Positions 8,434 through 16,411 of a stretch of DNA of 38,781 nucleotides are shown here, one piece after another. The stretch's first letter is position 1, and each line of letters starts with the position of its first letter. This DNA is from Burkholderiales bacterium. Its GTDB lineage: Bacteria; Vulcanimicrobiota; Xenobia; Xenobiales; Xenobiaceae. The stretch spans positions 1 to 38,781 of the forward strand of contig JAAZKF010000111.1 in the NCBI GenBank assembly GCA_012799975.1, read 5' to 3'. The notes under the pieces are model-generated. The model was given only the letters and a program-made list of their open reading frames with translations, ran no database searches and was not told the origin of the DNA. Made by a program: the position numbers and the translations under genes.

Positions 8434-9776
8434 CGGGTGGCCTCCTGTTCCGGAATCACGTAGAGTTCCACCCGGCGGTCCGCCGGCAGGAAGCGGCGCA
8501 CCACTGAACGGAGGTCTTCGGGAGAGATGGCCCGATAGCGGGCCAGGTCCTCCTCGAAGTAGTCGGGGTTCCCCGTATACATGTAGTAGGCGTTCAACTG
8601 ATCTGCTTTGGAGGAGGCGCGCTCGATGGCCTGGAGATGGGCGGCTTCCAGACCATTCAGGGCCCGGTCTATCTCCTGGCGTTTCGGGGGTTCCTGGTGC
8701 AGGAGGGCGAGTTCCTCGTCGATGACCCGCTGGACCTCGTCCAGGGTATGCCCGGGCCGGGGGATGAACTGGATCACGAAGAGGGAGCCCAAACGTTGGC
8801 TGAGCTGGGAAGCCGAGACCTGCTGGGCGATCTGCAGTTCATGGACCAGTCGCCGGTATAGGCGCGAGTTCTTGCTCCCACACAGGACCGACGCCACCAG
8901 GTCCATCTCGGCGTCTCCGGGCGTCAGGATGGCCGGCGTATGCCAGACCAGGAGCCCCAAGGGAAGCTCGACCCGGTCGGTCAGGGTCTTTCGCCGCACT
9001 TCCTCGAGCCGGACGGGGGGGGCACTTACCGGTGCTACCGGAGCTCCGGATTGGACATCCGAAAACCACTTCTCCACCAGGGCCCGGGTCCGGACCGGGT
9101 CGATATCCCCCGCCACCACCAGACTGGCGTTGTTGGGTACATAGTAGGTGCGGAAGAAGTCGGTGACATCCTTGAAACCGGCGGCCGAGATATCCTCCAG
9201 CGATCCGATTACCGGCCAACTGTAGGGGTGGGACTCCGGATAGAGCAGCCCCGGCAACTCCAGCCAGACCTTGCCGTAGGGTCGGTTGAGGTAGCTCTGG
9301 CGCATCTCGTTCTTGACCACGTCCCGCTGGCCATCGACTATATCAGGCGAGACGGACTTCAACAGGTGGCCCATCCGGTCGGATTCCAGGAAGAGCGCGA
9401 GCTCCAGGGCGTTGGAGGGAAGCGAGATATAGTAGTTCGTCCGGTCCTGGGAGGTCGAGGCATTGTTGTTGCCCCCGACTCCCTCCAGAAGCGTATCGAA
9501 CTCGCCCTCCCGGACGTGCCCCGAGCCCTCGAACATCAGATGCTCGAAGAGATGGGCGAAGCCGGTCCTACCGGGCTTCTCGTTGGCCGACCCGACCAGG
9601 TACCACAGGTTGGTGTGAACCACCGGCACCGTGTGGTCCTCGTGCAGGATCACGTTCAGACCATTGGGCAAGGTGAATTGAATATAGTCGACCGAGAGCC
9701 TCTCCTGGGGTTCAGCCAGGACGGGCCCGACCAGTAGCCAGAGTACGGCCAGGACGGACAGGATCCTGCGAGTCAT
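8430..9776 (-). CDS. M16B zinc peptidase catalytic subunit (signal peptide)
   Basis: GFAHLFEHLMF (HXXEH), NNASTSQDRTNY and LESDRM motifs. GGAGG SD before MTRRILSV at 9776. Confidence 0.92.
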   Translation of the reverse strand: MTRRILSVLAVLWLLVGPVLAEPQERLSVDYIQFTLPNGLNVILHEDHTVPVVHTNLWYLVGSANEKPGRTGFAHLFEHLMFEGSGHVREGEFDTLLEGVGGNNNASTSQDRTNYYISLPSNALELALFLESDRMGHLLKSVSPDIVDGQRDVVKNEMRQSYLNRPYGKVWLELPGLLYPESHPYSWPVIGSLEDISAAGFKDVTDFFRTYYVPNNASLVVAGDIDPVRTRALVEKWFSDVQSGAPVAPVSAPPVRLEEVRRKTLTDRVELPLGLLVWHTPAILTPGDAEMDLVASVLCGSKNSRLYRRLVHELQIAQQVSASQLSQRLGSLFVIQFIPRPGHTLDEVQRVIDEELALLHQEPPKRQEIDRALNGLEAAHLQAIERASSKADQLNAYYMYTGNPDYFEEDLARYRAISPEDLRSVVRRFLPADRRVELYVIPEQEATR

Positions 9777-9984
9777 GCGCATCCTCCACAGACGAATCAG
9801 GCCTTGTTCGCCGCCTCCCGGGCGACTCCCCCACTCCGGGCTGCTTCGAAGAGCCGGGTTCCCGCCGCTCCGGCGACAACAAGGGAGTGTGGACTGGCAG
9901 CCCCTGCCCAGATGTGTTAACCTGCGGCGAGGGCCGCCGGTTCTACCCAGGGTTGGTCCACATCTTCCCGGGGAGGTCGCCGGC

Positions 9985-10902
9985 TTGAAACGCATTCTGG
10001 AGATTTCCGAACTCAGGGAGTTCTTCGGCTCCAATCCTCCCCAGGTTTCCTTCGAATTCTTCCCCCCCAAGACCGCCGAAGCCGAGGCCCGGCTCTGGAA
10101 GACCATCGTCCACCTCGAGCCACTGGCTCCGACCTTCGTCTCGGTCACCTATGGTGCGGGCGGCTCCACCCGGGAGCGGACCCACGGCACGGTTCGCCGA
10201 ATCCTGAACCAGACCGGGTTGACCCCGGCGGCACACCTGACTTGCGTGGGGGCTTCGCGCCAGGAGGTGGACCAGGTGGCCCGGGGCTACTGGGAGGCTG
10301 GAGTCCGCCACCTGGTAGCCCTCCGAGGGGATCCCCCGGCCGAGACGGGTGTGTATGTGCCACATCCCGAAGGTTACGCCCACACCAGCGACCTGGTCCG
10401 AGGGCTCAAGAACCTGGCAGACTTCGAGATATCGGTGGCCACCTTCCCCGAGGGGCACCCCGAGACCGTTTCGATCGACCTGGAGCTGGAGAATCTCAAG
10501 CGCAAGATCGACGCCGGAGCGACCCGGGCCATCACCCAGTATTTCTTCGACACCGACCTCTACTTCCGATTCCTCGACCGGGCCTCGGCGGCCGGCATCG
10601 ACATCCCGATCGTCCCGGGAATCCTGCCGGTCACCAGCGTAGCCAACCTGATCCGCTTCAGTCAGACCTGCGGTGCCACGGTACCCGAATGGCTCAACCG
10701 GCTCTTCGAGGGCCTGGACGACATCCCCCAAATCCGCAACCTGCTGGCCATGCAGGTGGCTGCCAGCCAGTGCCTGCTGCTGCGGCGCGCCGGGGTCGAG
10801 CACTTCCACTTCTTCACGATGAACCGAGCCGAGTTGACCTGGGCCCTGTGCCGGGTGCTGGGGCTGCAGACCTCCCCCATCCTCGACCAGGCCCTGGCTT
10901 GA
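9985..10902 (+). CDS. metF: 5,10-methylenetetrahydrofolate reductase
   Basis: SFEFFPPK, SVTYGAGGS, AAHLTCV, ALRGDPP, KIDAGA and ITQYFF motifs. GGAGG at 9972-9976 before TTG at 9985. Confidence 0.95.
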   Translation: MKRILEISELREFFGSNPPQVSFEFFPPKTAEAEARLWKTIVHLEPLAPTFVSVTYGAGGSTRERTHGTVRRILNQTGLTPAAHLTCVGASRQEVDQVARGYWEAGVRHLVALRGDPPAETGVYVPHPEGYAHTSDLVRGLKNLADFEISVATFPEGHPETVSIDLELENLKRKIDAGATRAITQYFFDTDLYFRFLDRASAAGIDIPIVPGILPVTSVANLIRFSQTCGATVPEWLNRLFEGLDDIPQIRNLLAMQVAASQCLLLRRAGVEHFHFFTMNRAELTWALCRVLGLQTSPILDQALA

Positions 10903-10918
10903 GGCTCCGCCCGGGACA

Positions 10919-10961
10919 CAATAAGGACGGCCCCGATACTTGACCGGGGCCGTCCTTATTG
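10919..10961. terminator. 17-bp perfect inverted repeat between convergent metF and ferredoxin genes; probable bidirectional terminator
   Basis: CAATAAGGACGGCCCCG / CGGGGCCGTCCTTATTG with a 9-nt loop. Confidence 0.75.
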
Positions 10962-11000
10962 GGGTATCGAGGCCGGTTTGAAGGCTCCGGCCCGAAGAGC

Positions 11001-11240
11001 CTACTTGTAGAAGGCCGCGTTCTTGGCCGCGAAGTGCTTCATTTCCTCGGGGAGGTCCTCCTCGGGGAAGATGGCTTCCACGGGGCAAACAGAGGTGCAG
11101 GCTCCGCAGTCGATGCACTCGTCGGGGTTGATGAAATACTGATCGGACTCCTCGGTGCCATGAATGGCTTCCACGGGGCAGACCTCGGTGCAGGCCGTGT
11201 CCTTGACTCCGATGCAGGGCTCAGCGATGACGTGGGGCAT
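11001..11240 (-). CDS. Dicluster (7Fe, FdxA-type) ferredoxin
   Basis: MPHVIAEPCIGVKDTACTEVCPVEAIH...CIDCGACTSVCPVEAIF, with C-X7-C-X3-CP plus CxxCxxCxxxCP. GGAGG SD upstream. Confidence 0.92.
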   Translation of the reverse strand: MPHVIAEPCIGVKDTACTEVCPVEAIHGTEESDQYFINPDECIDCGACTSVCPVEAIFPEEDLPEEMKHFAAKNAAFYK

Positions 11241-11378
11241 GGGATCCTCCTCTATGGGCGGAACAAATTGAATTTTTCCAGGATTTCGCCCTTCTACCAA
11301 AGCAGGCGACTCCAGGTCCAATATGCGCAGGATGCCATATCCCAGAATTTCTTGCAGTGACCCCTGTCCGGATCAACC

Positions 11379-12266
11379 TCACAGGTTGGCCAGGGCCTCG
11401 GGATCCAGCAGGACCAGTTGACGGCCCTGCCCCTGGATCAAGCCCTCGCGGCGGAAACGCATCAAAGCACGGCTCAAGCTTTCGCGAGCCCCACCCAGAA
11501 GGGAGGCCAGCTCGGCGGTGGACATGGTCAGCTCGACCCGGATCGCTCCGGATTCCAGCTCCGTGCCCGAACGAGCCAATTCCACCAGGTGCCGAGCCAG
11601 GCGCTGTTCCAGGCTGAGCAAGGCCATCTCCTCGATCCGAGCCTCCAGGGCCTCCACGCGCTGACTGAAGGAGGATAGCAGGTTCCAGGAGAGTTCGGGG
11701 GAGCGGGCCAGAAGCTCGCGCAGACGGCCCTGGGGGAGCACCAGCAAGGTGCTGCCTTCCAGACAGGTGGCATTCGAAGAATACTGGCCGTCGGGTCTGA
11801 AAAGCGAGGTCTCGCCCAGGGTCTGGCACGGCGTGACCACGGCCAGGGTCTGTTCGCGCCCACCCTCGCTGACCCGATAGACGCGAACCCTTCCCTTCAC
11901 CAGGACCGGGAGACCCAGGCAGCGGTCCCCCGGCGAGAAGAGGCTCTGGCCCGGCAGGAATCCCTTGAAGCGAGCGCTGGCCGCCAACTCGATCAGAACC
12001 TGCTCGGGAAGGTTCCTAAAGAGCGGGACCTGACGAAGCCATCCGCGGACCCGGGACCAGCGCTGGGAATCGACCATGGTGGGCGCCTGAGTAGTCGGAT
12101 CCCCCAACTCCCGTCGAATCCGCTCCAGATCGACCTCGCTGAACGAGCGCCAGCCACGTCGATCCCGCGCGACCCCACTGATGCGACCTTCGCGGAACCA
12201 GCGCAACAAAGTGTTCCGGCTGACGCCCAACCGACCCGCTGCCTCACTGCAGGAGTAGACTCGCAT
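11379..12266 (-). CDS. Crp/Fnr-family regulator with an extra N-terminal MerR/excisionase-type HTH
   Basis: N-terminus SEAAGRLGVSRNTLLRWFREGRI...RDRRGWRSF. cNMP barrel VPLF...KGRVRVY...GREQTL...LGE. C-terminal HTH ELASLLGGARESLSRAL. Confidence 0.85.
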   Translation of the reverse strand: MRVYSCSEAAGRLGVSRNTLLRWFREGRISGVARDRRGWRSFSEVDLERIRRELGDPTTQAPTMVDSQRWSRVRGWLRQVPLFRNLPEQVLIELAASARFKGFLPGQSLFSPGDRCLGLPVLVKGRVRVYRVSEGGREQTLAVVTPCQTLGETSLFRPDGQYSSNATCLEGSTLLVLPQGRLRELLARSPELSWNLLSSFSQRVEALEARIEEMALLSLEQRLARHLVELARSGTELESGAIRVELTMSTAELASLLGGARESLSRALMRFRREGLIQGQGRQLVLLDPEALANL

Positions 12267-12315
12267 GCCGCAAGTATATCCAGATATATCCAAGCGAGCA
12301 AGAGGTAGATCTCAT

Positions 12316-12530
12316 CCTGAATCCGCTGCCTGGCGTGAGAAGCGAGGCCATCGAGGCGGGTCTGGATGCCAGGAAGGCGTGCATCGAGGATGCGGAGCGT
12401 AGTTGGAAACCACGTGAGCACCGCAGAGGTGCGCCTGACGACGCAGGCGGGTGCCTCCCACCCACACCCTGGTGTGGGTGGGGTCTCAACGCCTCGACGG
12501 CCGAAGGCCACGACAGGCGGCGGATTCAGG
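12316..12530 (-). mobile_element. MITE copy 3 (215 bp, long class)
   Basis: TIRs with one mismatch. Perfect 5-bp TSD CTCAT at 12311-12315 and 12531-12535. Contains the extra 12-bp-stem hairpin (12457-12482). Confidence 0.95.
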
Positions 12531-12572
12531 CTCATGCGCTCCCCGCGCAGTCAGGAACCTACCCCATGATGA

Positions 12573-13484
12573 CTAGAAGAAGCGCCGGGCGCCCAGGTAG
12601 CGGGCCGAAAAGTATTCCTCTTCCAGGCTGCTGATCCGGACGAAGCCCACCGAGGAGGCGTGGATGAAGGCTCCCCGCCCCAGATAGACGCCGACATGCG
12701 AAGCTCCCGGAGCATAGGTCTCGAAAAAGACCAGATCGCCGGGTTGTTCCTGCCCGCGGGGAACCGAACGCCCCGCCATGAACTGCACGTCCGCAGTTCT
12801 GGGAAGCTGCACTCCGTGAAGGCCATACAGGTATTGGACGTAGCCCGAGCAATCGAAGCCCGACGGATCCTCCCCGCCCCAGACGTAGGGGACCCCCAGG
12901 TAGCGCCGTGCCGAGGTCAGAAGTGCGCGGATCGGACGCCCGCGACGAGAGGCCAGGCTGCTCCGTCCGGGGGTTGACCCTTTTCCCCCGGACACCTCGG
13001 GTTCCTCGGGCTCCTCGATTACCGGGGGCACATAGGCGGGGATCTCGATCATGCGGCCGTCGCTGCCGACCATGCGGTTGCGGAAGGGCGGAGTGCCGTG
13101 AACGGAGAGGACCCCTTGGGAACTGCGGACCCTGCCCTCGCCTGCAGAGGAGGCGGAGCGCAGCGGAGCCCGAGAGGTCGAAGACTTCGAGGCGTCCTCC
13201 TGGCCCGCGCCGCGCCCGGCGGTGGGTGTCTGGAGCGCGCCCTGCAAGCCTCGCCCGGGCGTCGGCAGGACCAGGATCATGCCTGGAACAAGCCCCTTGC
13301 CCTCCAGGATCTGCTTGGAGTTGCACTCCAAAACCGTGAAGGGGTCCAGCCCATGGGCTGCAGCGACCGACTCGACGGTGTCACCGGAGCGCACCTGATA
13401 GTAATTGTAGTCCGAGTGCGCCAGGGCTGGGTGCGCCAGAGCGCAACACAGCAGGAAGGCGCAGAACAAGGCGATTCTGGGCAT
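12573..13484 (-). CDS. LysM + NlpC/P60 cell-wall endopeptidase (signal peptide)
   Basis: YQVRSGDTVESVA (LysM), then YLGVPYVWGG...GFDCSG...LPRTA...PGDLVFF...HVGVY...FIHAS. Start at MPRIAL; the ORF-track start at 13571 is inside the MITE. Confidence 0.92.
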   Translation of the reverse strand: MPRIALFCAFLLCCALAHPALAHSDYNYYQVRSGDTVESVAAAHGLDPFTVLECNSKQILEGKGLVPGMILVLPTPGRGLQGALQTPTAGRGAGQEDASKSSTSRAPLRSASSAGEGRVRSSQGVLSVHGTPPFRNRMVGSDGRMIEIPAYVPPVIEEPEEPEVSGGKGSTPGRSSLASRRGRPIRALLTSARRYLGVPYVWGGEDPSGFDCSGYVQYLYGLHGVQLPRTADVQFMAGRSVPRGQEQPGDLVFFETYAPGASHVGVYLGRGAFIHASSVGFVRISSLEEEYFSARYLGARRFF

Positions 13485-13506
13485 GCCAACAAGACCTTCC
13501 GCGGGG

Positions 13507-13590
13507 CCTGAATCCGCCGCCTGGCGTGGCATTCGGCTGTCGATCCGGGCCTGGATGGCCTCGGTTCTCACGCCAGGCGGCGGATTCAGG
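13507..13590 (+). mobile_element. MITE copy 4 (84 bp, minimal class)
   Basis: 22-bp perfect TIR CCTGAATCCGCCGCCTGGCGTG / CACGCCAGGCGGCGGATTCAGG. Perfect TSD CGGGG at 13502-13506 and 13591-13595. Confidence 0.93.
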
Positions 13591-13649
13591 CGGGGTCGAA
13601 GGGCATTCGCCGGGCCGCAGGGGAATCCCCCCTCCCGATTTCAGCCTCC

Positions 13650-15248
13650 TCAGCGCCGCCCCAGCAGGCGGCGACGACGCAGGCGCCCCGGGCCCCAATG
13701 AGCAGTTGGAGCAGCGTGCGCCCGGGGCGCGTCGGCCGCCTCCTCGATCGCCTCACGGGCCAGCATCTCGTTGATCGAGCGCGCTGCTCGGCGCCCCTCG
13801 CCCATCGCCAGGATCACCGTCGCCGCTCCCAAGACGATATCACCTCCGGCGAAGACCCGCTCCAGGCTGGTGGACCCGGTCTCGGGATCGACCACGATAT
13901 TCCCTCGGGAGTTGACCTCCAGCCCCGGGGTCGTCGAGGTCAGGAGCGGATTGGAGTTGTTGCCGATGGCCACCAGGACGGCGTCGGCCGGAAGCTCGTA
14001 GGTGTCTCCTTCGATGGGGAGGGGGCGCCGACGCCCTGAAGAGTCGGGCTCACCCAGGGCATAGCGCTGAACGGTGACCGCTCGGACCCGGCCCGACCCA
14101 TCCCCCAGGACTTCCAGGGCATTCTCCAGGAAGCGGATTTCGATCCCTTCCTCCAGGGCGTGTTCGACCTCCTCGGCCCGCGCCGGCATCTCGGCCCGAC
14201 TGCGGCGATACAGGACGATTACTTCCTCGGCACCCAGGCGACGCGCCATGCGGCATGCATCCATGGCCACGTTGCCGCCGCCCAGGACCACGGTCCGCCG
14301 ACTGACGAACATCGGCGTGTCGCTACGCCCCGGATGGATTCCTCCCATCATGTTGGCCCGGGTCAGATACTCGTTGGCCGAGAAGACGCCCACCAGATCC
14401 TCGCCCGGCATCCCCGTGAAGACCGGAAGCCCGGCCCCGCTGCCGATGAAGATGGCATCAAAGCCATCCTTGTCCATCAGGTCCAGGAGCTTGCGGGTGC
14501 GCCCGACCACGAAGTTGGTCCGGAACTCGACGCCCATCCGACGCAGAAGGTCGATCTCGGCGTCCACGACCTCCTTGGGCAGGCGGAACTCCGGGATCCC
14601 ATAGCGCAGGACGCCGCCGAGCTTGTGGAAGGCCTCGAAGACGGTGACCTGGTGGCCCTCCCGACGACAATCCGCGGCCACCACCAGGCCGGCGGGCCCG
14701 GAGCCGATCACTGCGACCTTGCGTCCCGAGGGAGATTTTACCCGAGGCACGGGGGCCTGAGCCTGGTTTCGTTGCCAGTCGGCCAGGAAGCGCTCCACCT
14801 TGCCGATGGCCACCGCCCGACCCACATCCTTGAGGCTCTTGCCTACGGCGCATTCCTGCTGGCACTGCCGCTCCTGGGGGCAGACCCGGCCGCAGATCGC
14901 CGGCAGGAGACTGGTGCGCTTGATCACCTCGAGGGCCTCCGAGAAGTCACCCTCGGCCGTCAGCCGCAGGAACTCGGGGATGTCGATGGCCACCGGGCAC
15001 CCCTTGACGCAGGCCGGCTTCTTGCACTGGATGCAGCGCATGCTCTCCAAGACGGCCTGGGCAGGGGTCAGGGGCTTCTCCACCTCCTCCTGCAAGCGTG
15101 AGCGCTCGCCGGGGTCCAACACGGGAGGAGTCTGCACGGGAATCGCCAGGCGATCCTTCATCTTCAGGATTCCCTGGCTGCGCAGTTCCTCCAGCAGGCG
15201 GCGCGCGTCGGCTTCCAACTTGTTGGGGTCCTCGACGTAACGGGGCAT
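13650..15248 (-). CDS. nfnB: NfnB/SudA-like (GltD-like) Fe-S flavoprotein, large subunit of NADH-dependent reduced ferredoxin:NADP+ oxidoreductase
   Basis: RCIQCKKPACVKGCPV, ICGRVCPQERQC, GSGPAG, GGGNVAMD and FAGGDIVLGAATVILAMGEG motifs. Adjacent to an NfnA-like gene; no glutamate synthase large subunit nearby. Confidence 0.85.
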   Translation of the reverse strand: MPRYVEDPNKLEADARRLLEELRSQGILKMKDRLAIPVQTPPVLDPGERSRLQEEVEKPLTPAQAVLESMRCIQCKKPACVKGCPVAIDIPEFLRLTAEGDFSEALEVIKRTSLLPAICGRVCPQERQCQQECAVGKSLKDVGRAVAIGKVERFLADWQRNQAQAPVPRVKSPSGRKVAVIGSGPAGLVVAADCRREGHQVTVFEAFHKLGGVLRYGIPEFRLPKEVVDAEIDLLRRMGVEFRTNFVVGRTRKLLDLMDKDGFDAIFIGSGAGLPVFTGMPGEDLVGVFSANEYLTRANMMGGIHPGRSDTPMFVSRRTVVLGGGNVAMDACRMARRLGAEEVIVLYRRSRAEMPARAEEVEHALEEGIEIRFLENALEVLGDGSGRVRAVTVQRYALGEPDSSGRRRPLPIEGDTYELPADAVLVAIGNNSNPLLTSTTPGLEVNSRGNIVVDPETGSTSLERVFAGGDIVLGAATVILAMGEGRRAARSINEMLAREAIEEAADAPRAHAAPTAHWGPGRLRRRRLLGRR

Positions 15249-15270
15249 CAGGTTTCCTCCGAGCGGCTTC

Positions 15271-16293
15271 TCAAGCGTGGTGGTTCTTCTCGGCCAGGGC
15301 CTGCAGACGGCAGGCGTGGTCCCGGGCCTGCTTCTCCTGGTCGCGATAGGCGCCCAGACGAGCGATCATGTTGTCGAAATCGACCTGATGCCCGTCGAAT
15401 TCAGGCCCATCGACGCAGACGAAGCGGGTCTTGCCTCCCACGTTGACCCGACACCCGCCACACATCCCGGTGCCATCGACCATGATGGTGTTCAGGCTGA
15501 CCAGCGTTCGAACACCGTATGGCCTGGTAGTCTCGGCACAGAACTTCATCATGATGGGGGGACCGATGGCGATCACCAGGTCCGGGGGTTCGGGCCCCTC
15601 ACACAATTCCTTCAGTGGTTGGGTGACCAGGGCCTTGCGCCCGTAGGAACCATCGTCGGTAACCACGATGTATTCATCGACCAGGGCCCGCATTTCCGAT
15701 TCCAGGATCACCAGCTCCCGGGTCCGGGCCCCGGCGATCATCGTCAGATGATTTCCTGCCGCCTTCATTCCCTCGACTATCGGATAAAGCGGGGCGACCC
15801 CGATGCCGCCCCCGACTGCCAGCACCCGTCCATACTTCTCGATGTGGGTGGGCGTGCCCAGCGGCCCCACCAGTACGGGCAGGGTGTCTCCGACCTTCAG
15901 ACCGGCCAGTTCCCGGGTGGTCTTGCCGACCACCTGGAAGATCAGGGTTATCGACCCCTGCCGAGGATCCGCGTCCGCGATGGTGAGGGGAATCCGCTCG
16001 CCATACTCCACATCGGTCTGCAGGAGGATGAACTGTCCGGGCTTGCGCTCCTGGGCGATCAGGGGGGCGCGGACACGCATGCGCATGACATTTTCGGCCA
16101 GGGTCTCGACCGAAAGGATCTCGAACTCCGACGGAACCGATTCCAGGCTCCCCTCCGGCAGGTCCGCCACGGCCCCTGAACCATTGTTCGCGGGATCGGA
16201 AGAATCCTCGCTGAGAAGCCTCAGCCTTCTGCGCCGGGAAGGAGACAGACTGCCCTCTCCCAGGACGCGTGAGCTCTCGAAATCATTGTTCAT
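15271..16293 (-). CDS. nfnA: NfnA/SudB-like (PyrK-like) FAD/[2Fe-2S] subunit
   Basis: PGQF, ERIPLTIAD, GPLG, GGGIG, IGPPIMM and MVDGTGMCGGCRV...CVDGPEFDG motifs. GGAGG SD before MNNDF. Confidence 0.88.
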   Translation of the reverse strand: MNNDFESSRVLGEGSLSPSRRRRLRLLSEDSSDPANNGSGAVADLPEGSLESVPSEFEILSVETLAENVMRMRVRAPLIAQERKPGQFILLQTDVEYGERIPLTIADADPRQGSITLIFQVVGKTTRELAGLKVGDTLPVLVGPLGTPTHIEKYGRVLAVGGGIGVAPLYPIVEGMKAAGNHLTMIAGARTRELVILESEMRALVDEYIVVTDDGSYGRKALVTQPLKELCEGPEPPDLVIAIGPPIMMKFCAETTRPYGVRTLVSLNTIMVDGTGMCGGCRVNVGGKTRFVCVDGPEFDGHQVDFDNMIARLGAYRDQEKQARDHACRLQALAEKNHHA

Positions 16294-16411
16294 ACTCTCC
16301 TCCAAAGCGGACGGCCCCGACCTCCTGGGGAGCCGGGACCGGCAACACCCAAACACCCCGACCCTAATCAGGCAGGCCCGGGGCTGCACTGCGCTGGATC
16401 ATCTTCGTGGT

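Noticed and set aside
6376-8463. Long alternative-frame ORFs (e.g. 6376-8463 +, 15803-17533 +, 28779-30458 -, 9943-11118 -, 26931-28115 -)
   Set aside because: They are shadow ORFs overlapping well-supported genes in GC-rich DNA, with no recognisable motifs.
11241-11378. Crp/Fnr box upstream of the ferredoxin
   Set aside because: No convincing TGTGA-N6-TCACA or TTGAT-N4-ATCAA palindrome, only isolated half-sites.
13660-13760. Short MITE-like words (GACGACGCAGGCG; AGTTGGA) in the nfnB 3' tail
   Set aside because: The order differs from the element and there is no TIR or TSD, so it cannot be distinguished from chance in GC-rich DNA.
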